The notes under the pieces: model-generated
Told to the model about the DNA's origin: nothing
What the model saw: only the letters and a program-made list of their open reading frames with translations
Database searches by the model: none
Shown here: positions 20,065 to 30,605 of the stretch, piece after piece
How positions within the stretch are numbered: the first letter of the stretch is position 1
Layout: each line of letters opens with the position of its first letter
Made by a program: the position numbers and the translations under genes
Virus record (IMG/VR): IMGVR_UViG_3300045135_000252
Coordinates: 1 to 64,000 of that record
Direction: 5' to 3' (one strand)
DNA length: 64,000 nt
Source of the DNA: a virus

Positions 20065-20538
20065 ATGGCTATTGTGTTTAACGGCACTACGCTGAACTGG
20101 TATACGAACACCATCATTGCTGACGGTACTACTGTGTCTAGCCCTACTGCTGTTGGGGATGTGTATTTTGGTGCGACTAAGGTTCATGGATTAGATCCTG
20201 CTTGGGACTATACACAGCTTTATAGTTTCGGGCTTGCCCCCGATTCTGGGTATTTTGAATCCACAATCATTCCTACTTTGCTCAGCACATACGCCGCTGC
20301 TTTTGAAGACTCTGGATATGAGACAGGACCCGGCGGGGATACTCGTTGGTATTACAATCTATACGAAGGCTACCGCATGCGTACATCCGACGGCACGTTT
20401 TATGGTGGCGACGATAACCTATATTGGAACAGTAAATACTGGACTGGCTATTTGTGGGAAGGCCGTACTGTGACTGGCGCAAGTACATCACACAATGGCG
20501 GAACAAACTGTTACCTCGATAGGAATAATGGCATATGA
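20065..20538 (+). CDS. Hypothetical protein (possible fibre tip domain)
   Basis: 157 aa, aromatic-rich, directly after the fibre gene. Confidence 0.5.
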   Translation: MAIVFNGTTLNWYTNTIIADGTTVSSPTAVGDVYFGATKVHGLDPAWDYTQLYSFGLAPDSGYFESTIIPTLLSTYAAAFEDSGYETGPGGDTRWYYNLYEGYRMRTSDGTFYGGDDNLYWNSKYWTGYLWEGRTVTGASTSHNGGTNCYLDRNNGI

Positions 20539-20735
20539 AAGAAGTCATTGAAGCCTACAAAGATGGGGATGTAATAGTCCCGAAAACTGAAATAGTTAAA
20601 ATTTGTGCAACTTGTGAGCACGATATTGATGAAGCGGAGATTACGGCTGGGAGCTGCTCTAATTGCGGTCAATCTTTAGGCGTACGCCAATCTGTATCGG
20701 TATGGGCAACATCGGTACCAAGTAAGGATGCGTAA
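20535..20735 (+). CDS. Small zinc-finger hypothetical protein
   Basis: CATC...CSNC. Confidence 0.6.
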   Translation: MKEVIEAYKDGDVIVPKTEIVKICATCEHDIDEAEITAGSCSNCGQSLGVRQSVSVWATSVPSKDA

Positions 20736-21184
20736 TGATTTTCGAGGCCATAGCCGCTATCAAAATCGCCAACGAGGCTATTGGCGCAATTAAAGAGTTT
20801 GCAGGGCATTGCCAGTCTGTAGGTGAGATGGGCAAGGATTTAACCAAGCTCGCCGATGCCAAAGAAGAGTTAGAGCAATCCGCCAAAGACGGTGACATGG
20901 AGGCTTTTTGGGCCTTAGAGGACATTAAAAGACACGAAGCCGAAGTCAAGCAAATGTTCATCTACCAAGGCCGTCCGGGGCTTTGGGAGGATTACGTAAA
21001 TTTCATCGACAACCGAAAGATGATGCGTAAGAAGGCTGCAGAGCGTGAACGCAATAAGAAACTGGCTCGTAAAAAAGCCATTAAGGATGGACTTATGTAT
21101 GCTGGCGTTGGCCTTCTTGTGCTCGGTATTGTGGGCGGGGCCGTGGCCTTTTTATATTTTCTTATTAGCTCTAAAGGCAAGTAG
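20735..21184 (+). CDS. Membrane-anchored hypothetical protein
   Basis: Coiled coil plus C-terminal hydrophobic helix. Confidence 0.6.
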   Translation: MIFEAIAAIKIANEAIGAIKEFAGHCQSVGEMGKDLTKLADAKEELEQSAKDGDMEAFWALEDIKRHEAEVKQMFIYQGRPGLWEDYVNFIDNRKMMRKKAAERERNKKLARKKAIKDGLMYAGVGLLVLGIVGGAVAFLYFLISSKGK

Positions 21185-21187
21185 TGG

Positions 21188-21394
21188 ATGAGCAGCTTCG
21201 TCTCCGCCTTCAGTCCGATTTACACGCTCTCAAGCGTGACTTATCCCGTCGTAGAGACAAAGATTTCGGGCCGGGAAGTGGAAAACGACGGCTCAATCAA
21301 GCCATCGAGAGAATTAACAGTAGAATCGACTACTTACGACCAGCGTGGCCAAGTAGTTATGAACCAGAACTATACCGTGGAGATATGGGTATGA
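21188..21394 (+). CDS. Hypothetical protein
   Basis: 68 aa; its stop overlaps the next ATG (ATGA). Confidence 0.45.
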   Translation: MSSFVSAFSPIYTLSSVTYPVVETKISGREVENDGSIKPSRELTVESTTYDQRGQVVMNQNYTVEIWV

Positions 21395-21714
21395 CTGAAG
21401 AGATGCAAAAGTATGACCTGAACGGTGATGGGGTGCTCGATGAACAAGAGCGTAGAATCATGTTGGAAGACATGCGCCGCAAGATGGAAGACGAAGACGC
21501 ACAGCGCGATTCGATTCGCAAAATGGCTTGGTTTGCTCTTATTGGTCTTCTACTGTATCCATTTGGGATTTTTCTTGCTGATGCCTTCGCTATGGGTACA
21601 GCCGCTCAACTAATTGCTGACATTGCGCCGACTTACTTTGCATCTATTGCTGTATTGGTAAGCGCGTTCTTCGGTGCATCAGCTTTGGGTGCTAAGAAGA
21701 AAGAAGGCGGCTAG
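21391..21714 (+). CDS. Holin-like membrane protein with EF-hand-like loop
   Basis: DLNGDGVLDEQE plus two hydrophobic helices and a basic tail; GGAG upstream. Confidence 0.55.
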   Translation: MTEEMQKYDLNGDGVLDEQERRIMLEDMRRKMEDEDAQRDSIRKMAWFALIGLLLYPFGIFLADAFAMGTAAQLIADIAPTYFASIAVLVSAFFGASALGAKKKEGG

Positions 21715-21837
21715 GTGAAAACCTGCAAGTATTTCTATAACGGCGGGATGTACCACACAGAGTGTGGGTCAAAAGTTTTGTTCCGTCCGGCACAGAGATG
21801 CGACAAGTGTGGTAAGAAACCACAGGAGAAGAAGTGA
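21715..21837 (+). CDS. Small Cys-rich peptide (40 aa, not in ORF track)
   Basis: MKTCKYFYNGGMYHTECGS...RCDKCGKK; fills the intergenic gap exactly. Confidence 0.4.
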   Translation: MKTCKYFYNGGMYHTECGSKVLFRPAQRCDKCGKKPQEKK

Positions 21838-22217
21838 TGCTTAACATGTTACTAGGCCCAGCAATGGAGCTAGGCAAAGAGTTTCTCAAAGGCAAAGCCG
21901 ATGAGAAGAAAGCGATCCAACAGCGCAAGATTAACGCTATTCAGAATGATGCCGATTGGGAATCCAAGATGGCGGACGCTACGAAGAACTCTTGGAAGGA
22001 TGAATTTTTCTCGATCATCCTTAGTCTTCCTTTGATAGCTGTAGCGTATAGTGTGGCGATGGACGATGTAACTATCATCGCCCGTGTCAACGAAGGCTTT
22101 GAGGCGCTGAATAAACTGCCCGACTGGTACCAATACCTTCTGTTTATTGCCGTATCTGCTAGCTTTGGGTTGAAGTCGGCTGATAAGATCATGTCCATGA
22201 AGAAAGGAGGTAAGTGA
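21837..22217 (+). CDS. Holin (3TM GTA-holin-like)
   Basis: SWKDEF motif, hydrophobic segments, LPDWYQ; directly before the lysozyme. Confidence 0.65.
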   Translation: MLNMLLGPAMELGKEFLKGKADEKKAIQQRKINAIQNDADWESKMADATKNSWKDEFFSIILSLPLIAVAYSVAMDDVTIIARVNEGFEALNKLPDWYQYLLFIAVSASFGLKSADKIMSMKKGGK

Positions 22218-22663
22218 TGATGAACATAGACCAACTACGCATGGAGCTGGAATACGATGAAGGCTGCAAGTACGAGATTTATTTAGACCATCTTGACCTA
22301 CCTACGTTTGGTATTGGTCATCTGGTTACTGTAGATGACCCAGAATACGACCAGCCTGTAGGCACTGCGGTGTCTGAGGAGCGAGTCAAAGAAGTCTTTG
22401 AACAAGACGTACAAATCACAATCGGTGAGTGTAAAAAGCTCTACGATGACTGGGATGACCTGCCCGAAGAAGTACAGCTAATCATTGCCAACATGATGTT
22501 CAATATGGGTCGTCCACGTTTGAGCGCATTTAAAGGTATGAAAGCTGGCGTTGATGCCCGTGATTGGAACCGTGCTGCCGATGAGATGGTGGATAGCAAG
22601 TGGTATCAGCAAGTGACAAATCGCGCACAGCGCCTTGTAGACCGCATGCGTAACGTAGCATAA
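22214..22663 (+). CDS. Endolysin, T4-lysozyme-like (GH24)
   Basis: DEG...YLD..PTFGIGHL, NMMFNMG, AADEM.DSKWY.QV..RA motifs. Confidence 0.9.
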   Translation: MMMNIDQLRMELEYDEGCKYEIYLDHLDLPTFGIGHLVTVDDPEYDQPVGTAVSEERVKEVFEQDVQITIGECKKLYDDWDDLPEEVQLIIANMMFNMGRPRLSAFKGMKAGVDARDWNRAADEMVDSKWYQQVTNRAQRLVDRMRNVA

Positions 22664-22673
22664 GGAGCAGAGT

Positions 22674-24587
22674 ATGCCCTTTATCAAACTACAGTTTAAA
22701 CCCGGTATAAACCGGGACACTACGAACTACACCAATGAAGGTGGCTGGTGGGACTGCGACAAAGTTCGCTTCCGTTCTGGCTTTCCTGAAAAGATTGGTG
22801 GTTGGATAAAGGCTACCTCTGAGTCTTACGTTGGTGTTGCGCGTAGCATGTTTACATGGGTTACGTCTTATTCCGATAAGTTCCTTGCGATTGGTACGCA
22901 CAAAAAGGTATACATCGAAGTAGGTGGTATTCTTAATGACATCACCCCTATCCGCCAGACGTTCACTACTACTGCTACAGATAACTGTATTGCTACAACA
23001 AACGGCTCAACGGATGTAACTATTAGCATCACAGGGCACGGGGCCGAAGATGGAGACTACGTCACTCTATCTGGTGCTACTGCTGTTGGCGGTGTACCTG
23101 CTGACGAACTCAATGCAGAGCACGTGGTTCAACTTATTGACCTTGATACTTTTGTCATCACTGTTACTACAGCAGCTACATCTACTGTAGCAGCGGGTGG
23201 CGGCACTGCTATATCAGCGGCGTTCCAAATCTCTATCGGTAACCCTGATACCACGTTCGGTTACGGTTGGGGTGTGGGCACATGGAGCCGGGGGTCTTGG
23301 GGTCTCGGTGCTCCCGTCACTGCTACGCCTGTAGATTTGCCGCAACGTGATTGGTTCTTTGATAAATTTGACAATGACATTGTACTGAACATCCGTAACG
23401 GTAAGCCTTACTACTGGGCGCGTGGCACCATCGCTGCTCCTGATACTGCCCTTGGTACACGTGCAGTTACTCTACAATCTATAGCCACAGCGGCTGGGTA
23501 TGACGCTAACGATGTGCCGGTTAAAGTCGGCCAGTTGCTCGTGTCTCAGAATGATAAGCATCTACTAGCTTTCGGTGCTGTACCTTATGGCTCTACTTCC
23601 GCTTTGGATTTTGATCCACTTCTTATCCGTTGGGCTAGCCAAGACGAACCCGGCCAGTGGGAACCACAAGTAACTAACTCTGCTGGCTTTATCCGTGTGT
23701 CACGTGGATCGCGCATTGTCCGTGCATTACCAACTCGTCAGGAAACATTGGTTTGGACTGATACTCACCTATACGCATTACAGTTCTTGGGGACTACCGA
23801 TGTGTTTGGTTTGCAGGAATATGCTGACGGTGTATCGATTGCTAGCCCACGTGCTTGTGCTTCAGCGGCTAACGCTACGTTTTGGATGGGTCGTGACAAG
23901 TTCTATGTATATACAGGTCGTGTTGACACCCTGCCTTGTAACGTACGTAATTACGTATTTTCTGATATTGACTTTACTCAGGCTGACCAGATTGTGTGCG
24001 GCACTAACGAGGAATGGAGTGAAGTCTGGTGGTTCTACCCAAGCGAAAGCAGTGGTAATAACTGGAACGACCGCTATGTCATTTACAACTATGTAGATAA
24101 GATCTGGTACTACGGTTCCATCGAGCGTACAGCTTGGCTAGATGCACCTACTCGTGAGTTCCCTATTGCTGCAGGATCAGGGCGCGATGATGACGTAGGC
24201 TACCTATACGATCACGAGAACGGTATCGAAGACGATACTAACCCAATGACTGCTTATATCGAGTCTTCTGACTTTGATCTTGGTGATGGTGACGCTTTCT
24301 CACTGACACGCCGTATTATTCCTGATGTACAGTTTGTAGGCTCTACCTCTGTTACCCCTGAGATTGATATGGAAGTGAAAACACGTAACTTCCCGGGCGG
24401 TTCCTTGGCCTCTGATAGCGCAGACAGACAACGTGTAATTAAATCTGCGGTTGGCACATATACAGATCAAGTGTTTGTCAGGGCACGTGCTAGGCAGATG
24501 GCGTTAAGAATTGAGTCAGACACAGCCGGAGTACAGTGGCAGCTTGGCTCTCCTAGACTAGACGCAAGACCGGATGGTAAACGTTAA
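22674..24587 (+). CDS. Tail nozzle/hub (DNA stabilisation) protein
   Basis: 637 aa, propeller-like; LIRWASQD and EVWWFYP motifs; precedes internal virion genes. Confidence 0.65.
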   Translation: MPFIKLQFKPGINRDTTNYTNEGGWWDCDKVRFRSGFPEKIGGWIKATSESYVGVARSMFTWVTSYSDKFLAIGTHKKVYIEVGGILNDITPIRQTFTTTATDNCIATTNGSTDVTISITGHGAEDGDYVTLSGATAVGGVPADELNAEHVVQLIDLDTFVITVTTAATSTVAAGGGTAISAAFQISIGNPDTTFGYGWGVGTWSRGSWGLGAPVTATPVDLPQRDWFFDKFDNDIVLNIRNGKPYYWARGTIAAPDTALGTRAVTLQSIATAAGYDANDVPVKVGQLLVSQNDKHLLAFGAVPYGSTSALDFDPLLIRWASQDEPGQWEPQVTNSAGFIRVSRGSRIVRALPTRQETLVWTDTHLYALQFLGTTDVFGLQEYADGVSIASPRACASAANATFWMGRDKFYVYTGRVDTLPCNVRNYVFSDIDFTQADQIVCGTNEEWSEVWWFYPSESSGNNWNDRYVIYNYVDKIWYYGSIERTAWLDAPTREFPIAAGSGRDDDVGYLYDHENGIEDDTNPMTAYIESSDFDLGDGDAFSLTRRIIPDVQFVGSTSVTPEIDMEVKTRNFPGGSLASDSADRQRVIKSAVGTYTDQVFVRARARQMALRIESDTAGVQWQLGSPRLDARPDGKR

Positions 24588-25231
24588 TGGCGATGGAGAA
24601 GTTTAGGGCGGCACCACTGCCGAACCCTACCATAGAGTACGATGCGGAAACTCAACGCCAGTTGATCCGTGTGCTTGAGGTTTACTTCAACCAGCTAGAC
24701 TCACAGACACCGCTACAGGCTGAGTATTTCAAAGGTCGTGGGGACAAACTCACTTTTCCTACAGCGTTGTACTACAGCACACAAGATCAAACTTATGCGG
24801 CTATCAACACCGCATATCCGGTTACGTACAACAATACGTACTACAATAACGATATGAGCTTAGTTGACAGCTCTAAAATCACTGTAGACCGTGCGGGTAT
24901 ATACAACTTTCAGTTTACTTGCCAATTAGTTAGTTCCAACTCTAGCTCTAAGAACGTGCATATCTGGATACGCAAGAATGGTACTGATGTTACTTATTCT
25001 TCAAGGGCTTACACTATATCTGGCGTAGGTACAGAAGTAACAGCGCAGTGGACGTTTAATATAGATTTGCAGGCGCAACAATACATACAAATTATGACCG
25101 CTACTGACGATACAACGGTCACTATGAACTATGAAACACCGTCCGCGCCTTACCCCGGCACTTCATCTGCTGTAATATCTGTAAACCATGTGTCTGATTT
25201 GGAAGGCATTACAGTTGCAGCGACCCCGTAA
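24587..25231 (+). CDS. Virion protein (tail needle-like, C1q/TNF-like C-terminus)
   Basis: N-terminal helix then GIYNFQF...IWIRKNG beta-sandwich. Confidence 0.5.
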   Translation: MAMEKFRAAPLPNPTIEYDAETQRQLIRVLEVYFNQLDSQTPLQAEYFKGRGDKLTFPTALYYSTQDQTYAAINTAYPVTYNNTYYNNDMSLVDSSKITVDRAGIYNFQFTCQLVSSNSSSKNVHIWIRKNGTDVTYSSRAYTISGVGTEVTAQWTFNIDLQAQQYIQIMTATDDTTVTMNYETPSAPYPGTSSAVISVNHVSDLEGITVAATP

Positions 25232-25248
25232 ATGAGGATAATTGGACT

Positions 25249-26958
25249 ATGAGCCTACAATACGCAGCAGAAGCAGTCCGGAATAAGGGACGCGGCGAAG
25301 ATACAATGCTAGTCCACATGACCCCGGGTGAGGTCAAGGGCTTACAGCAGTTGGCAATGGCTAATGGCGGCAGTCTAACTATTAACCCAGATACAGGTCT
25401 CCCTGAAGCTGGCTTCCTCAAATCACTTCTACCTACGCTGATTGGTGTCGGCCTAGCAGCTACTGGTATCGGTGCTCCTATGGCTGGTCTTATGGTTGGT
25501 GGCTTTGAAGCTATGCGTACCGGAGATATTGGTAAAGGCTTGATGGCTGGTCTTGGCGCATATGGTGGCGCAGGATTAGCTAGTGGACTTCAATCGGCAG
25601 GGGCCGCAGCAGGTAAGCAAGCTGCTACCCAAGGTGCGGAAGCCGCATTATATGACCAAGCCTTGGGTGGTACAGCAGTAGCTCCTGCAGCTTATACAGC
25701 TCCTACTACAGTAGGCGGACGACTAGCCGAAATGGGTTCTGGTTTTAGTAATTTAATGGGTACTGCTGGTACAGCAGGGTCTCAAGCGGCGGCTACCGCC
25801 GCTGCTACAGAAGCAGGTATTACAGGTACAGGTTTAGCTAAAACAGGTATGGCAGCACTAGCTGGCCCATTGACGATGACTCCAGAAATGGAGCCGTACA
25901 AAGCAGAAGAATACAACTACGAAGGTCCATACAAACCAACAAAGCGGGAAGTAACTTACCCCGGCGCTGATCGTGACCCTGCTGACTCTTCAGAGTTTTT
26001 GTACTTCCGCAACACTAATCCTTATCCGGGGTTTGAGACCGCAGCTAGCAGTTCAAATTTACCTCCTATTGACCCTAACGAACCTACGTTCGCAGGTGTG
26101 CCTGTTTCTTTGGCAACTAACCCTGATCTTATGCGGCAATACCAAGACGCTGGATACTATGCAGAAGGTGGTCCTACTGTAGCAGCTCCACCAGAAGGTT
26201 ATGTACCGGGTCAAAGTGCTGAGTTTGTTTATGGCTTCCAGCCAATGGCGGCACAAGTACCTGAGATTCAACAAGAAGCGGCTACACAGAATACTTTAGT
26301 ACAGGCTCCAGTTAGCACTGGTGGCGATGGCGGTAGCGACTATTTAGGTCGTGGTACGCCCATTAACCGTGTAAACACTCAATTGCCCGCATCAGTGCGT
26401 AATGAACTTGCGGATAGGGTAGCAGCGCAGCAACAACGTGCCCTAGCAGCGGCGGCTATTGCATCAGGCGCGTCTCCTAGCGAAGGTGGTAATTGGCAGG
26501 GTGATGAAACTCCAGACGGCGGTGGGTATGAAACCGTAAGTGGTGCTGGCTCTTACTCTGGTGATATTGACCGTAGCGAAGCGTATTTCCGTATGGGCGG
26601 CAAGACTATGGATCACGGCGGGTTTGTTATTGACGCCCATACTGTGTCTGAGATTGGCAACGGTAGCTCTGATGCAGGGCATGCAATGCTAGCTCGTATT
26701 GGTGGAGAGCCAATTAAAGGCGCAGGTGACGGCACTAGCGACTCCATCCGTGCCAATATTGGCGGGGTACAGGAAGCACGTATTGCTAAAGACGAAAACT
26801 ACTTCAGTAAAGAAGATGTGAAGCGTCTTGGCGGCGGTAATTACAAGAAAGGTGAGAAGAAGCTGTATGCGCTTATGAAGAAAGCGCACGAATCACGCAA
26901 GAAGAACGGTCGTGGTCAGGCTTCTGGATTGGATAAACTGGTAACTCGGATGGCTTAA
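25249..26958 (+). CDS. Internal virion (ejection) protein
   Basis: GRGEDTMLVH, TINPDTGLPE, GAGDGTSDSI.A motifs; Gly/Ala-rich hydrophobic segments. Confidence 0.6.
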   Translation: MSLQYAAEAVRNKGRGEDTMLVHMTPGEVKGLQQLAMANGGSLTINPDTGLPEAGFLKSLLPTLIGVGLAATGIGAPMAGLMVGGFEAMRTGDIGKGLMAGLGAYGGAGLASGLQSAGAAAGKQAATQGAEAALYDQALGGTAVAPAAYTAPTTVGGRLAEMGSGFSNLMGTAGTAGSQAAATAAATEAGITGTGLAKTGMAALAGPLTMTPEMEPYKAEEYNYEGPYKPTKREVTYPGADRDPADSSEFLYFRNTNPYPGFETAASSSNLPPIDPNEPTFAGVPVSLATNPDLMRQYQDAGYYAEGGPTVAAPPEGYVPGQSAEFVYGFQPMAAQVPEIQQEAATQNTLVQAPVSTGGDGGSDYLGRGTPINRVNTQLPASVRNELADRVAAQQQRALAAAAIASGASPSEGGNWQGDETPDGGGYETVSGAGSYSGDIDRSEAYFRMGGKTMDHGGFVIDAHTVSEIGNGSSDAGHAMLARIGGEPIKGAGDGTSDSIRANIGGVQEARIAKDENYFSKEDVKRLGGGNYKKGEKKLYALMKKAHESRKKNGRGQASGLDKLVTRMA

Positions 26959-27398
26959 TGCAGGTATCTGCTGTACCGGCTGAATACGTCAAACAGGTTT
27001 GGCCGGATATTACAGAGTATATGCAAGGTGCGGCTGACTACACATATGGCCGCTACGAAGTTGGTGACATATTAGATTTGATTACCGACTACGATTACAC
27101 ATTGTGGATTGCATTTAACGAAGAAGGTATAAAAGGTGCCGTTGTTACAAACTTTAGCGATTATCCTCGTAAGCGTATGCTATGTATGCAGTTTTGCGGT
27201 GGCGTTGAAGTTACTACTTGGCAAGGACCAATGCTAGAATTACTGCAACGTTGGTCAAGAGACAACGATTGCGACGGAATAGAATCCACTGGAAGAGCAG
27301 GGTGGAGCAAAGTATTCAAGTCTGACGGCTACAAACCGCTTTGGCAGACTTACGAACTACCTGTAGACGTACAGGTCGAGGAGCGGAAATATGGGTAA
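26958..27398 (+). CDS. Hypothetical protein, possible GNAT-like fold
   Basis: 146 aa ending GRAGWSKV; sits among the ejection-protein genes. Confidence 0.45.
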   Translation: MQVSAVPAEYVKQVWPDITEYMQGAADYTYGRYEVGDILDLITDYDYTLWIAFNEEGIKGAVVTNFSDYPRKRMLCMQFCGGVEVTTWQGPMLELLQRWSRDNDCDGIESTGRAGWSKVFKSDGYKPLWQTYELPVDVQVEERKYG

Positions 27399-28341
27399 AG
27401 GTAGCGCACCTTCACAACCATCAAGTCAAACGGTAACGCAGACCAATCTGCCAGAATACGCTCGTCCGTATTTTGAAAACCTTTTACAGCGTGGTCAGGC
27501 GGAATCGTATAGAGAATACACCCCGTATCAGGGGCAGCGTATCGCTGGGTTTACACCGGGTCAGACAGCAGTGCAGCAAGAAGTTGCTGGTATGCAAACA
27601 CCGGGTCAATTCCAAGGCGCTACGCAGATGACTACCGCTGCTGGGTTAGGTGCAATGGGCGCTGGGGCACAGGCTATGGGTGCTGGGCAACAATATGCTC
27701 AGATGGCTACTGATCCAAGCCAGATGCAAGCCTACATGTCTCCTTATATGCAGAGTGTAGTAGATACACAGAAGCAAGCCGCTATCCGTGACGCACAGAA
27801 ACAGCAACTAGGTGCGAGCCTAGGGGCGGCTAGACAGGGCACATATGGCGGTGCCCGTCAACTCTTGGCACAGACTGAAAGAGAACGTAATCTAGGATCA
27901 CAACTTGCACAGATCCAAGCGGCTGGCTCTCAGAAAGCATTTGAAGCAGCCCAACAGGCTCAGCAGTTTGGGGCTAACCTAGGCTTACAGGGTATCCAGA
28001 CTGGTTTGCAGGGTCTGGGGCAAGTTGGACAAATGGGTGCTCAGCTAGGTCAGTTAGGCACAGCAGAACAAGGCGCTAATCTACAGCGACTACAAGCACA
28101 GGCGGCATCGGCTGGCGAACAGCGTGCGCTTGAGCAACAGCGTCTTGATACAGCTTATGCTGACTTCCTACGCCAGCGTGACTATCCAATGGAGCAGCTT
28201 AACTACTTCAGCAGCTTACTCCGTGGTCTCCCTGTTCAGATGGGATCGACACAGACAGCTTACGCACAACCACCATCCACGCTACAGCAGTTAGGCGGCT
28301 TAGGTTTGTCTGCGCTTGGCTTGTATAACTTGGGGAGATAA
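27391..28341 (+). CDS. Internal virion/DNA pilot-like protein
   Basis: Gln/Ala/Gly-rich; YQGQRIAGF and YMSPYMQSV motifs; hydrophobic C-terminus. Confidence 0.6.
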   Translation: MGKGSAPSQPSSQTVTQTNLPEYARPYFENLLQRGQAESYREYTPYQGQRIAGFTPGQTAVQQEVAGMQTPGQFQGATQMTTAAGLGAMGAGAQAMGAGQQYAQMATDPSQMQAYMSPYMQSVVDTQKQAAIRDAQKQQLGASLGAARQGTYGGARQLLAQTERERNLGSQLAQIQAAGSQKAFEAAQQAQQFGANLGLQGIQTGLQGLGQVGQMGAQLGQLGTAEQGANLQRLQAQAASAGEQRALEQQRLDTAYADFLRQRDYPMEQLNYFSSLLRGLPVQMGSTQTAYAQPPSTLQQLGGLGLSALGLYNLGR

Positions 28342-28345
28342 CTAG

Positions 28346-30598
28346 ATGCTATCCATTACGGCTCCTGAAGAAATCGCCAAGAAGTACGGTGGTAACAAAA
28401 GAAAGATTCAACAAGCTGCGGCACAGGGCTTAATTGACCCTACATCTGCTGTATTAGCAGGTATGTTCGTTGATCGTATGCGTAACGCAGCAGCTAAAGA
28501 GCAAGCTGAGCAGCCTACAGTTGCTGAACAGGTCATGAACCCACAGCCTCAAGTGGCTCAACAGGGTATGGCGGCTACGCCACAGGCACAACAAATGCCT
28601 CAACAAGCCCAGATGGGTGCGCCTCAGGCGGCTATGCCACAGATGGCTATGGGCGGCGGTTTAGATTCTATTGACTATGTAGAAGGCGATTACGCTGCGG
28701 GCGGCATTGTTAGTTTCGCTGCCGGTGATCCAGTGCGTATGGGCATCACAGACGATCAGCTCCGTAATATGTCACGTGCTCAGTTGCGTGCAGTTGCCTC
28801 AAACGGGCAGATCCCACCGAATATTCGTAATGCTGCAGCAGCTCGTTTGCAATCTATTACACCAGCTCAAGGTCAGCAGCCAACAGTAGGCGGCTTAGCC
28901 TCTACAGATTTAATGCGTGTACCTAATGTATCAGGTGCAATGGACCGTGTAGGTCAGGCAATCATGGGTACAGGTACCGTAGACCGTAATATCGAAGTGT
29001 CTGATACAGGAATCCCAGCGGGGCAGTTCCGTAGTATTACTACTGGTAAAACGCCATCAGAACGTATGATGGGTGATGGCTCTAGCCTCGATGTAGGTAT
29101 GGAGAACTTCACAGACGGTACACCTATCAAGCGCGAGGGCCTTCTCGGTGCAGTAGATGAAGGCATGAGTATGTTCAATCAGTTGAAGAACGCCCCTGAG
29201 CGCGTAGATCCTGCTGAACAAGCTCGTCGTGACCGTGTAGCTCTTGCTATGCAAACACGTGGTGAAGGCCAGAACGTATTCCCTGTGGATACCAGCGATC
29301 CGTTTGATGTAGGTATGGAAACATTTGCGGATAGCCAGCAGGTAACTACACCTACTGCACAAAACGCACCGATGCGTAGTCAGCAGATCCCTACATCCTT
29401 AGGACCACAGGTTGGTCGTGGCGGAGACCCACGTTTGTTTGGCGAAGGTGACGAAAGAAGAGCGGCACTAGCTGCATTGGCGGCACGTAACCCTAATCTT
29501 ATTGATCCTGCGGACGGCATGAAGCCTGAGATTCGCCGTATGACACGTGACGAAGTACAAGCCGCTGGGTTACCTCTTATAGATGCTACTCGTTCTAGAG
29601 GACAAGAAGTGTCTGATGTAGAGCGTTTCCTTTCTAACGAAGGATTTAGTGCCGCTCGTCAGGTTGCTGAGCAGACACCGTCTGTAGCAGACAGAATAGA
29701 AGAAACCGAACAAGCTGTAACACAGCCAGCTCCAGAACCGAAAGAAAGCAAGCCAGCAGATACTACTATGGACATTACTGAACAGTTCAAAGTGTTCGAC
29801 AAAGAGTTGGCTGGCCTTATGGAGAAGCCAGAGCACGGCAAGTACCGTAAGGAAATGGAGAACCTGCTAGACAACAGAGAACAGCGCCTCAAAGACGCCA
29901 AGAAAGAAGGCTTCAGCATGGCGTTGTTACAAGCTGGTCTTGGTATGCTTGCACAGGGCGGTGGACAAACTGCGTTGCAAGCCCTTGGTAAAGCAGCATT
30001 ACCTGCTACTAAGCAATACGCAGCGGCTATCAAAGACGCTAAAGCGGAAGACCGCGAGCTTCTCAAACTTGGCCTCAGCATGGAGCAGATGGACGCTAAA
30101 GAGTTGGCGGCTACCAAACGTGCGCTGGCTCAGATTTATGGAGCGCGTGCTAACACTATGATTAGTCGAGCTACTAGCCTTGATGTTGCTCGCATCGGTG
30201 CTGAGTCAAGAGAGAAAGTAGCTGAAACCACTGCTGGGCCTCAGCAAGCGATTGCTAATGAGATGAGAGCTGCGCGGCAATTAACAAGTGTCGAAGGTCA
30301 GTTAAAAGATATACGTGATGAAAAGAACGAAGTTCGTTCAACAATAGCTTTTCCGTATATGAATCGTTTGGAGAAAGCACAAGCTGAGTTAGATGAAGAC
30401 CCTACTAACAAAGAATTACAAGCAAAAGTAGCTGATATTAGGGGTCTTATCGAAAAAGAAATAAATGCTGAGTTAGAAAGACGCGGTACTCTTGCCCAGG
30501 AGGCTAGGTTGATGCAGCAGCGTAAAGCATATGCTGGGTTAGCTGGTATAGGTTCAGGTGACGGAAACGTTGTAGACTTTAGTTCTTTAGCACAGTAG
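28346..30598 (+). CDS. Internal virion protein
   Basis: 750 aa, low complexity; YAAGGIVSFA motif; coiled-coil C-terminus. Confidence 0.55.
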   Translation: MLSITAPEEIAKKYGGNKRKIQQAAAQGLIDPTSAVLAGMFVDRMRNAAAKEQAEQPTVAEQVMNPQPQVAQQGMAATPQAQQMPQQAQMGAPQAAMPQMAMGGGLDSIDYVEGDYAAGGIVSFAAGDPVRMGITDDQLRNMSRAQLRAVASNGQIPPNIRNAAAARLQSITPAQGQQPTVGGLASTDLMRVPNVSGAMDRVGQAIMGTGTVDRNIEVSDTGIPAGQFRSITTGKTPSERMMGDGSSLDVGMENFTDGTPIKREGLLGAVDEGMSMFNQLKNAPERVDPAEQARRDRVALAMQTRGEGQNVFPVDTSDPFDVGMETFADSQQVTTPTAQNAPMRSQQIPTSLGPQVGRGGDPRLFGEGDERRAALAALAARNPNLIDPADGMKPEIRRMTRDEVQAAGLPLIDATRSRGQEVSDVERFLSNEGFSAARQVAEQTPSVADRIEETEQAVTQPAPEPKESKPADTTMDITEQFKVFDKELAGLMEKPEHGKYRKEMENLLDNREQRLKDAKKEGFSMALLQAGLGMLAQGGGQTALQALGKAALPATKQYAAAIKDAKAEDRELLKLGLSMEQMDAKELAATKRALAQIYGARANTMISRATSLDVARIGAESREKVAETTAGPQQAIANEMRAARQLTSVEGQLKDIRDEKNEVRSTIAFPYMNRLEKAQAELDEDPTNKELQAKVADIRGLIEKEINAELERRGTLAQEARLMQQRKAYAGLAGIGSGDGNVVDFSSLAQ

Positions 30599-30605
30599 GT
30601 AGTTT

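Noticed and set aside
21184-21714. 176-aa ORF as listed in the track
   Set aside because: Better explained as 21188..21394 plus 21391..21714, given the ATGA coupling and RBS
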